Source: Klebsormidium nitens (taxonomy: Eukaryota; Plantae; Klebsormidiophyceae). From it: a stretch of DNA of 64,000 nucleotides. Made by a program: the position numbers and the translations under genes. This document shows, one piece after another, positions 48,990-60,100 of this stretch (position 1 is its first letter; each line of letters starts with the position of its first letter). The stretch covers positions 1-64,000 of the forward strand of contig DF236973.1 of NCBI GenBank assembly GCA_000708835.1. Direction: 5' to 3'. Below the pieces are notes generated by a model. It saw only the letters and a list, made by a program, of their open reading frames with translations, did no database searches and had not been told where the DNA came from.

Positions 48990-51900
48990 ATGGTGGCTTT
49001 CAACAACAACGTGGTCTTTGTGCTGCTGGCATTTATGCTCGTATTGCATGGGGCTCAGCTGGCGCAGGGGCAGGCTGCTGAGGTGTCACTGTCATGCCCC
49101 GTCGGATATCTGGTGCAAGCTGCCCGTAATGTCCCAACGTAAGTGCCATTTCTTGAGGCAAAGATATGTTGCTTGAAGATTAGAGCTGCAGGTCTCACTT
49201 CCACTTCTCCTCTACAGATCAATGTGCCGCACTCGATTCTGCAGACTTAAGTTGGCTCTAGTGGCAGAATTTTGATTGCCAGTTAATGCTCCAGGATTCC
49301 ACATGGGCATTGCCTAAGTACCTTTAAACAGTGCAACGACCATTGTTTTGGGCTACAGGCCACCCCCATGCCTCGGGTTCAAGCCACATTCACGACTGCC
49401 ATAGACTCATAAACTGCTAACCTCTGTAACCAATCTCCGCCCACACTCCAGAAAGCCAAACTCAATTAGAAAGAATCAGAGTTTTGAGGTTTGCGACGTC
49501 AATGCCGTGCACTGTGTGCAGGTCTTTGGCAAGCTACTGACTTTCATTTCTTGCTCTTTGAAGGTATTTTTGCACGACCGACCCCTGTTATGAGAACCCT
49601 TGTGGTCCTGATGAGTGCGCTCTGATGCTTCCACCTATTGGAAAATCAAGCAAGCATCCTTGTCGTCAAACCCGCAAACTGCCAACGAGGTCTAAGCTTA
49701 CTGTGAAGCTGGTGAAGATACTGCATGAATTGAACTTCTCAGAATGAATGCCCGTGACCAGCACTCAGCAGACCCTTAGACTGCTTTTATCCTGCCCTCA
49801 CAAGGCTGCTTTTATCTGAGCTGCAAGCACACTCCTTTCTGGCGTGGCTAGATGTGGGGGTAATCTGAAATGCCTTTCCTATCATCCTTGAGTACAGTCA
49901 TGCTTGCAAATGGTTTGCCTTCTTTGCTGCAAATGAACTCCCACCCACAATCAGTCTGGTTGGAACTCAGCATTCTACTCAACATCCTGCAACAAGCAAT
50001 GCCTGCTCTTGGTTTGCAGGTAACCCCTGCGACAACTTTCGATACAGTTTTGGAGTGACTTCCAACTGTACGGCGTGTAATCCTCCCTACAAGAGGGGCA
50101 CCTATATCATCGGTTTCCCGGACATAGTGCCCCTTGGGGTCTGCTACTTGCCCGGTAAGTTGCGGGACATCAGGTTCAAAGCTTCATAGCCCGCTAGGCT
50201 TGCAAAAAATTGCTCAAAAGGGCACCACAATTGTGCACATACGGAGGCTGAACTGACAGAATGGATGGATGGAGAACAGGGACTCCCGGCGGGCTCCCTA
50301 CTGGACCCCCTTCCAGCATAATCCTTCGATCGACGGTCAAGATTGATGGTTTTGATCAACCTCGACCGTTGATCAAAAGGGGTTATAGCTAGGAGGGGTA
50401 TCTAAATATCGGCTTGGGAGTCCATGTTCTCCCTCCTTCCGTTCTGACAGTAGTCCTTTTTCTGTCGACTCAAATATGGATCGGCCAATACCATAACGGA
50501 AATCTTACAGCCTTCCCCTAAGAGGTTCTTCAGGAAAGCCTTCAGTACCTTAAGGAAAGGGTCTTGGGTAGTAGGGCTGGGTCTCACTCAAACCCCAGAC
50601 CCTTGAACTGAAGAGGATTTTCATATACATTCACACTTGGGGTCGTTCTGCGCAGGCCAAGACGCATGCAACCCCAACCCTTGCCAGAATGGTGGCGTTT
50701 GCTCCTACAGAACGGACGGTTCAGGGCAGCCCGTGACTGACGAGCAAGGGACCAGGTTTCTTCTAGGGTTTTGCAACTGTAGCAGCACTGGCAAGACAGG
50801 GCGGTTCTGCGCCGACGAGTGAGCCCCCTTAACAGGCTTGTGTTTGCAAGCCTTTCAAGAGTTCAATTGACGAAGTGCGTTTCTATCATGCATCTTTCAG
50901 CTGAGCAAAGTCTGGACTAGCTAACCGTTCGAAGACCGACAACAGCGGTATCCGTTGTGCTGGCAAACAGAGGTGTTTCACCAGAATCGCTCGTTGACGA
51001 GCAATGGCACCTCAGATAGTTCAAGGGTTTTCTGAAGGCATCTTGCTTTCGTGGTCTATAAGCAGTCGACTTTTGCTGGCATCTGAGGCGTTGATATGCA
51101 GAGAGAAGAGGCATCAAACGGGCTGGTTTTAGATCCCAGTACCTCACAGCTGGTTGTGTACTGGACAAACCTTTAGTCGAGCTTGGACTAACCCTTTGCT
51201 CGAAACAACCGCATGCCCTCTCTCTCGGTTACAGAGGACTCGTACAGATTTCTTCCACTGCCGGCCACCTCGTAACCGCGTTGGGCAATCAATTGGCTGC
51301 ACGTTTAAAGTTCCTCAGCACAACACTCGTCTGATATTGTCCGGTTGGGCTTCCTTGGCCGTGAATCTTCCCTTCAAAAACATGTCTCCTCCTCCTCAGG
51401 AATGTGGAGGCTCCCATACCGACTGCCACCGTCAACGGCGTTTCCGGACCACTTGCGGTGGCAGCAAGTGAGGCGCTTTGAGAAGTTCAAACTGTTTACT
51501 TTCGTAGGACATGTAACTTTGGCTAGCAAAGGGTGGAGGCACCCACTCGTGGTTGCTAGCTCAACTTTGAAAGTGTTTTACGGTCAGTTCGTCCTAGTCA
51601 AAGAACAGCGTTTTCTTACCACGGGTTCAGACAACATAATTCTAGCACGTCTAATTTGCTGCCGCAACTCGTTCTGTTGCCTTCGCTTCTCGCGAGACGC
51701 TTGCTGGATCATTTGGCCCCCGAAGAGTGCCGCCTGAGTGCTTCAACAATCAAGCGGAACTGCAGGTTCCACAAAGAGACGGTATCAGCTCAGATCCGCT
51801 CTTTGGACATCAACGATATGGTCTTATGTCAGAGCGCACAAGGTACTTTTGTGCCCATGAAGGGCGAGCGAGAGAATCTCGCAGCTAACTCACCGGGTTT

Positions 51901-54813
51901 TAAAACCACTGGTCCAAATACGGGCTGATTAGATGCTGGTTTCAACATCGAAAGGCAGGTTCGAACGATAACCAGAGTCGTAACAAAGCTACAGCCCGGT
52001 TGTGTCCCCGTTAACCAGACACGTGGCTGGCTATTCAGCCTGGTTAGTCGCAAAACCCCTCGTAGCTGACCATCTGAAGCTTCGAAATTCCACTCCCTGC
52101 AGCCGGAGCCATGCTCTGCGGCCAAGCTTTTGCGATCGGCTGCCTTTACCCTGACGGGAAGCACTACACTTGCTGCACCGGTGCCGTGAAGGGTTTCGGG
52201 CTCTCCGAGTGCGGTCCTGTTGGTCCGGACGGAGTACCCATCTGCCCTAGGGAGGGTTTCACGCCGACCCCCAATGATTTTCCCCCGCAGACTCCGCCGC
52301 CGACTCCGCAGCCCGAGGTTCCACTGCCAACCGGCGATCAAGGTAAGCGCCACGTTGAGGGTATTATTGTTGCGCCGATCTCCAGCGGATCCAACGGATC
52401 TGGGAGTTTAGGCGTCGACCCTTGACTGTTTGACTGCTGTGATCTGGAAGACGTGTTCATGAGTACTCCGTAAATTGCACGAGCTTCCGAAGTGCGGTCG
52501 CTTATTGTCTTTTCTTGTTAGACGGTCAGCCGCTCCTCATTGTCATCCCTTCGAGCGAAACGGTGCCGCTCTACCTACAGCTCTTTTGCCCTTGGCCGTC
52601 CAATCCTTTACTCACACAACCTATACCGCTGGCATTTTGACATCTTAGCGCTTGACCAGGATGAGCCTAGAACCTTAATTTGAATCATTAAGTTCGGATC
52701 AGTTCACGTCCAGTGGAATTAGCGTTTCTGTGCTAAACTCATCGCTTGTGCGTCATCTTGTGTTGTCCGCTCCATTCCTGATCCTACGAATCCGACGAAA
52801 GGGAGGTCATCTCTCCGCCCTTCTGGTAGAGCCCAACTAACGCTGGCTCGAAGACGTCCGCTCTCCATGAGTTTCGGATCTCTTAATTTTCAGGGGTTTG
52901 CGGCAGCGGACCCGCGTCTGACTTTCCCTTCCGCTGCTGGTTCAACAACGACCCCCAGGGCCGATACGTTTGCTGCGATCGGGAGGGCTGCAACGGCTTC
53001 AATCCTGGCCTCGGGACGCCGCGCTGCAGAAACAACGGCTACGTGCCGCCCAACAACGGAGTGAGCGGGCCAACCCCCCCAAGCACTCCCCCGAGCAGTC
53101 CCCCCAGCGGAGATCAGGGTGCGTTGATCCTACCGACCCAGTCTCTTCCGGGTTTAGTCTCGCCTGACTGCCCTTGACTCTATTCGTGCACGCTTGACTG
53201 TTTCCAAAGCTAAAGAGGGACATCTACTGTCTTAGCTCTTGCAACGAGCTAGCTCGTGAATGTTGCGAGCCTTACGTTGGTGATAAATTTGAGATGCTTC
53301 AGTATTGTGTCACGGAAGGTGGTTGATTTTCGAGCCTTGTCGAGCGGGTGGCAAGATTTCGAGTATCGTTCTGCCCTGCGAGACGTACTTTCGCACAACT
53401 CTCTTGTCTTCACAGAGGGCTTGCAGACGTCCCATTTTTCTACAAGGTTTCTGGTCTTCAATCGATCCTTCTCTGGTCGACTCCCTTCTGCTCAAGGGCA
53501 GCCGAAGGCTGTTTGGGAAACTTCTTCACGTTAACGCCTCTCTCGCTCGAGATCAGCACCCTCTTCGAAACAACTCACTTCAACTCATACCAATCCTTCC
53601 CCTCCGTCAGGCGTTTGCGGCGGCGGGGCCGCGTCTGACTTCCCGACGCGCTGTTATTTCAACAACGACCCGCTTGGGCGTTACGTGTGCTGCGACGGGC
53701 AGGGTTGCGACGGCTTCAACGCCGACAATCTCACTCCGCACTGCAGAAACAACGGCTATGTGCCGCCCAACAACGGGCTGAGCGGGCCAACTCCCCCGAG
53801 CGGCTCTCAGGGTAAGCCACGTGTCCCGCATTTGGAAACTCCGATAGCAGTGTGAGCGGTCCTGGTCCTTTCGGCTACTTCCCGAGCACGAGTCAGACGA
53901 CCCGGGCTCAACCGTTGGTTTCTCGTTGAAAATACTGATCTCCGGTGAAAGCAGTGGCGGTCCGTCGGGTGATCTCGGGCAATTATTCACGGTATAAAGC
54001 GCCCCTTTTTAATAGGGACCTAGTAGTTCTCGAGCATCCTGCCAAGCCTTCGTCATTCGTTAGGGTCAGGTTGACTTTTTGAGGATGGCATTTCAGAATT
54101 GGACATACGACGGCGGAGAAATACGTCATCATTTGCATGGGCAAACGCTTGCTTCGCGGGATCCTTCGATCGTCGGCCGCTTCTTGCCCTTGGAGACCAG
54201 GCGTCGAGACCAATCTCCGTAAAAACACCACGGACGAAGAAGCTACCGTGTCAGCATTTCAAAAGAGCAGAGCTTGTGACGACCGTCCTCGCCTCCCTGG
54301 CCAAGCCTTTGTTGAGAAGTGCCTGCAGAAACAGATTTCTCCATTTCCAAGGAGCTTCAAGGAGCTTCAACGTTTCAACTGCCAGTCCTCGTTACCTTGG
54401 TCGAGCGCCGTTTCTGACTCTCTTCCCTCCTTGAAGACGCTTTTTCCGAAGAAGAACGTGGTCGAGATCATCCAACGCAACAGTACGAAACCGTCCAATT
54501 CCAGCGTCGCAGCGTGCTAGGCCGCCGAAGTCCCTGCATGCAACAACTATCCAATTACAAGACCCGAACACGCAGTGTGTGCATCCACTTTCAAACAATT
54601 TCCAATTCACAACTGCTTGTTTTCGTATCCTTTGCAGGCGTATGTGGAACGGGTAGTGCCACAGATTTTCCGGTGCGCTGCTGGTTCAACAGCGACCCCC
54701 AGGGCCGCTACGTGTGCTGCGACAACGACAGGTGCAACGGGTTCAATCCGCCTGATTTCTCGTTCCCCCGCTGCAAGACCAACGGCTATGTGCCTCCTGG
54801 CTTCGGGATCTAG
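48990..54813 (+). CDS. Secreted EGF-like + six-Cys module protein, array copy 2 (467 aa if normally spliced; exon-2 donor mutated, possibly pseudogenising)
   Basis: Exons 48990-49138, 49564-49610, 50020-50154, 50656-50818, 51400-51467, 52103-52342, 52894-53118, 53611-53811, 54638-54813 sum to 1404 nt in frame with no internal stops. The intron after exon 2 begins ATGAGT (49611), whereas copies 1 and 3 have GTGAGT. Confidence 0.8.
50257..50446. mobile_element. Fold-back MITE (~190 bp) in intron 3 of array copy 2
   Basis: The ends CAGAATGGATGGATGGAGAACAGGGACTCCC and the reverse complement of GGGAGTCCATGTTCTCCCTCCTTCCGTTCTG match at 27/31. Internal arms are also inverted. CTGACAG is duplicated at 50253-50259 and 50444-50450, and the homologous copy 1 site has a single TTGACAG and no insert. 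Exact TSD length is ambiguous. Confidence 0.7.
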
Positions 54814-55921
54814 TGGATGACGGTCTAATCACACGCCATCAAAGTTTTGTACCGTGTTTCGCTGGTTAAAAGTGCGTGCAAATGAGGAATAGCAGCTATT
54901 TAACGTTGAGGCTCCCTAACCAGAACTAGACGGTTCGTTTTTGGCAGCACGGTCCGAGTAAAGCATTGGCATAGTAAGAGACTAGGTGCGTCGCGGCTTC
55001 AAGCAGAACAATCAGAGCACCCCCCGAGTTAAACGGACCAAGTTATTGAAATCTTATTTATGTGTACTGTCGCTTGGCGTTAGGAAATGTTCGACAGAAT
55101 GATTGTAGTTGCAGGCCTTTGAAGCGGAACACCTAGATATGCATGAACTGTTAGTCCTTGAAAGGAGGGTGAGGAAGACGGGGTTGTAATAAATCCTTAC
55201 GCGAGTCTTGTCGGACGCAATTTTTAGATTACCGGTGTCCAACTTAGCTTAATCGCCAAACCCACCAACACGTGCAGACAATTCGCAGAGTCACATTAGG
55301 CAGTCGCAGCTAGATAGCCTGGCAACGTGCAATTTTTCCGACATCGATTTCATGGCGGCATGCCAACTAATTAACGCCGTTTCAAAGAAGTTGCGTTGCA
55401 CTCTATTAGTAACGACCATCATTGAATGCATTTTGTTGAACACATTATTGGATGCACACTTTTGCTATGGACTGAGTGACAATAGTATTCCTTTAAAACA
55501 AACGCGATGGTGCTATGTGCCCTTGCCTGAGTCCTGTGTGGAACTCAAAACAGGTGAATCTTTGTGTAAGTACGCGGTTACTTCGTCAGGCTTACTTCAG
55601 ATGTGCAGTTATAATCAGGTGGCCACTTTTGCCAGGAACTTTCAAGACGATTGACATCTGATAAATGCCATCTCATAAATGCTTCGACGGGGCACTGCTT
55701 TGAACCACTTTAGGTATGAATACCTGGGGTGAGCTCAGTGTAGCCTGTCAGCCTGTAGCCTGTCACCAACGCCAGCTTCCAGCTAGGTAGATCGTAATTG
55801 GGGTTGGTTGTCACGGGGTTGTCACGAGTCCGGTCTCGCCGCTGCACTGCTGTGACGGTGGCGGCCACAGTGCGGTGTGGACTCTGGAGTCAGCGAAAAT
55901 TGCGGAGATGGGAGAGCGGAC

Positions 55922-56193
55922 CAGTGATTGCCACCAACTTTGGCCGGCGCCGGCAATCTACCGGCCACCCTTCGTTCCTGCCGGCTGAGTGTAAGTTTCT
56001 ACCGGCTTCCCCCAAGTCCCCGGATCCATTTAGCCGGGTATCTGGACAGTCTCTCAGCTAATCTCAGCCGGTACCCGGTCAAACACGCCGGTTTTTCAGC
56101 CGGAGCCCAGCCGGCTGAGTGCCTTCGGCACCGGTTAGACCCTCGCTCCAGCCGGCTAGGTCCACACACAACACCGGTTCGTGGCAATCACTG
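55922..56193. mobile_element. hAT-like MITE, 272 bp, 13-bp perfect TIR, 8-bp TSD
   Basis: TIR CAGTGATTGCCAC at 55922-55934 and its reverse complement GTGGCAATCACTG at 56181-56193. TSD GAGCGGAC at 55914-55921 and 56194-56201. The interior is dense in CCGG motifs. An 8-bp TSD with a CAG terminus is typical of hAT elements. Confidence 0.85.
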
Positions 56194-56402
56194 GAGCGGA
56201 CTGGATCCAGGCCCCGGGGGAGCTACCGCCCTCCTGAATGGAGTGACAAAACGGTGGGCGGTACCCCGTACCGAGCATTCTCAGGTTAAGTCTGGGTTGA
56301 GTCACCCTCTAATCATTATGGCCGAGCCCATGTGGCCACGCACACGTACGAGTCACTCGACCGAGGGCCGAGTCACGTCATCGGGATCACCTTGCTAGTA
56401 CC

Positions 56403-56790
56403 GTACTGATATAAATAAAGTTTAATACCTATAAGGCATTGTGACCTATAAGGTACTGTATTGTGTAAGAGGACTGTACTTTTAATGATTGCGCGGTCGT
56501 ACCCCGCGCTGCGCGGTGCGTACCCGCGAAGCAGCCGGGCCTACCCTGGGACATTAGGGTCTCGCAAGCAACCGGGTGACAAGAAGGCCCTCCCTCTGAC
56601 ATTAGGGTCTCGCAAGCAGCCGGGTGACAACCGGGCACTTCCCAGTAACATTAGGGTCTGTCGGTCACATTACCCTAGGTTTTTAGTGTTTGCCCGGGGC
56701 CTCACATGCACAGTATTCCTCTACGGTTGAAAACGAATTCCTTATAGGGAATGTACCTTATATGTATTAAACTTTATGGTTATCGGTACT
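56403..56790. mobile_element. Probable fold-back/MITE-like insertion (~390 bp) upstream of array copy 3
   Basis: Imperfect ~50-bp inverted arms: 56403-56453 GTACTGATATAAATAAAGTTTAATACCTATAAGG versus the reverse complement of 56740-56790. There are internal tandem copies of ACATTAGGGTCTCGCAAGCA(A/G)CCGGGTGACAA. No clear TSD was found. Confidence 0.55.
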
Positions 56791-57197
56791 GAGCACTCAT
56801 GAGCACATCGCGATAAAGTTGGTGGCAAGCACTGGCAATTAGCAGTCTCGCCTGTACCGGTATTGTACACTTCTTTCCTCAACAGTCAAGGCTCGTGCAG
56901 TGCTGATTGAAAATCTATCTCAATGATGAAGGTTGAGACACCGTCTAGCTGGCATTGTATGAGTTGTTCTGCGGCAAGGACGCTGCTGAACCGGCCCTGG
57001 GCTTCAGTGTCTCATCAAGCGCTGGTTGGTCCTTTGAAAAGCACGCACTGAAGGACCTTATACGCCATTGGCATTGCATATCACACACCACCGGCAGAGC
57101 GGGCTGGGACGTCAGTCCTCTTGCAGCAGAAAACGCAGCTTTCCTCGTCTTTCCTTCCCGCATCTGGAAATATTGTGCAGTGGCGCAGCTGTGCGCA

Positions 57198-60100
57198 ATG
57201 GCGGCTTTCCGTAACAATGTGGTGTTTATGCTGCTGGCATTGCTCGCACTGCAGTCTGGGACGCAGCCTGCGCAGGGGCAACCTTCCGGTGTGACAAAGT
57301 CATGCCCTCCCGGATATCTGGTGCAGAGCAATCGTGGGGGACCCGGGTAAGCACTTTTGACGCAGGCGAAATTATGATTGGGAGCTGAACTCACCGGCAT
57401 TTCTCCCCTGCAAAGCTGGCAACTCTTGTATGGATAGAGGTCAGGTTTCAGTCATCCCGCAGTGACTAGATTGACATGGAATGTCTGTCTGGGCAGTGCG
57501 CTGACTTTGACGGAGGAACCAGATTGAGCTGACATGTGCCTCATAGCTCACCTTCGAGAAACATGTGCATACTTTCTCAGACTATCTTGGATTAAACTCT
57601 GACGCTTGCCAGAGACTCAAGGGTCTACTGCACCACCGCAAGGAGCTTGGTTTAGATGGTGCCATAAAGCATTCTTATCCGGGTCCTGATTTATAATGAG
57701 CTTTGTCCTTGACAGGTCCTTCTGTACTCCTGATCCTTGTGTTGGGAACCCTTGTGGTCCTGGTGAGTATGTTTAATGTTCCTTTCTTGCCTTAGAACCG
57801 TCAGCAAGTTTACTTTACCATCCAGCCATTCTCACCGCAGCATCCTCAATGAGTCATGAATAAGCTTTCAAGCTGGTGGCAACTCAAAAGAAGACCTCAC
57901 AACAGGAGTGTTTATGGTCAGGGCTGTACAATTGTCGATTGTTCAGACTTTTAGCAGCTTTTAGTTTTGCAAACAGCTGCTTGAGTTTAGCAACATACAA
58001 GCATTTTCATTTGCTTCCTTTCTCTATCTGGCAAATATTTGTGGGTGGACTGATGAGACCTTGTCACAACATATACATGCAGTCAATGTTGAAAGTTCTT
58101 GTCTCCCAGTTCAGATAGACTCCCTCCATTCCAAACTATATGATTGAAGAGAAGAAGCACCCTTCACTTGACCTTCTTAGAAATGACCTTAATGTGTTTG
58201 CCTGCTCTTGTCTGCAGGTAACACATGCAGTATCCAGGGGTCATTTAATGGACCAGTTCCTGATTGTGGTTGCAACCCTCCGTACAAGAGCGGCGTTATT
58301 CCAGGTCAATTCAACTACAGAGTCTGCTACATCCCTGGTAAGTGAAGGGCCGCCAAAGGGCACTGATTTGACTCGTTCCTGAGAAGCGCCAAAGTTGCTG
58401 TTTAGTGGATACAAGGGTTCAAATGATTGGGGCTAGGAAACTCCTCTAAAAGCGCTTACTTGAGGAGTTGTTGCAAAGGCGGCCTGGTCTTTTCACTGGA
58501 CTGCGAAGGAAGAATTTGATCTTGATTGGTTGAGATATGACCCTGCGGCATGGTTAATCAACCTACATTGTGCTCCAATGAAAAAGCCAGGTCTTTCTGC
58601 CTTGCATTTCAGTATCATGATGCTCTTTTCGTGGATTCAATCTATTTGCTTTTTCTGCTCAAAGATCTTCATCGAGTGCCGTAAACCTCAATTCGAATGT
58701 CCTCACTAAATCTCAAGAATACTACAATGGTCTCAAAGTATCTGTTTTAAGGTAAGTTATCCCTTTCTTGGAACTTGCAAAAGCTGGACAACGTTACCGA
58801 GACTTAGGTGTTGTTCAACCAAGTATCACATAAATGGCTGGTTAAACCACTCATTGTCAATCCTGCTGAGATAGTGATGACTACCGTTTTGCCAATTGGG
58901 GCGTCGCTCCTGTTTGCGAATCGTGCTGCTTCACGACTGGTCTTCACCCAAGACTGATACGGAAGCCTATTACCAGCACTTCTCTAAGTCTCCCTGGTTA
59001 ACCCGACCAAGGTTAACCATGCTCATTACTGGTCGTTCCTTGCATGTCCAAGTAACACCTGTGCTGTTCATGTCTGCGCAGGCCAAGACGCTTGCAATCC
59101 CAACCCGTGCCAGAACGGGGGCACATGCATCTACAGGCAGGGCCCTCTGGGTGAACCCCTGACAGACGACCAAGGAACTAGATACGCTGCCCGATGCGAT
59201 TGCGGCCCCACTGGGTTTACGGGACCGACCTGCAGCGACCCGTGAGTCAATCTTTCATAAGCAAGGTTGACAATGTGCAGGGTTCTCTCACGTGATCCGG
59301 GTTCATTAGACTCGGCCTTGCATGCGTCGGGCTTGGAAATATCAAGGCTTGTGTATTTATCTGAAATTCTGGTCAGATGAATGCAAAAGCGTCGCTGATG
59401 ACCTCCAGCAGAGAACTTTGTCGTGCTGACGACCCGAGCCTAGGCTAGAAGCGCTCATGCGAAGCGCACTGCCAGCTCGAGTACTGGGGATCGGTTGAAA
59501 CGCTAGCGTCACAGGAAGCTCTCGATGCTTCTAGAGTTTTGTCATCTGTGCAAGTCAAACCCTGTGTAAGGATTTCAAAGCGACGAAGGGGAGCCGTCAG
59601 AAGGGACTGAATTTGAGTCCAAAACGGTGCTTTTTCGAAGTTCTGCATGGTATCCAATCAGACAATCAGTGGAACATCGGCACACCCTTTCGCTCGATAT
59701 TGTGTATGGATTTCTGTTCCTCCTTTCTTGGTCACGGACTCTTTTAACCACTTCGTCGTTCAGGCCCGCTACCACTTGCGATGCACTGGCCGAATGACTT
59801 GGTATCTTCTCATCGCCCTTACCAAGAACTTCTGTCAGGCTCTCTGCGTACCAAGAGTGTTATGCCAAACGCTGTTTCTCCCTGTCTGCAGGTTCCGGGA
59901 AAGCCCCCCTGTGATTGCTACTGTAAACGGCGTGTCGGGCCCACTTGCGAGGGCATTGCTGGGTGAGGCGCTCTAACTCATCCAACAACGAGGATAAACA
60001 AATGCTCGCTTTCAAACCGAAGCTGTCACCGAAGCTGTCAGGAAACACACTCACTGCTTCTGACACTTCTTACCCTGAGGAGGTTGCTTGAAAGTGACCC

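Noticed and set aside
49611-50019. Intron beginning with AT as a U12-type AT-AC intron
   Set aside because: It lacks the ATATCCTT donor consensus and ends in AG, and the paralogs have GT, so a point mutation or error is simpler.
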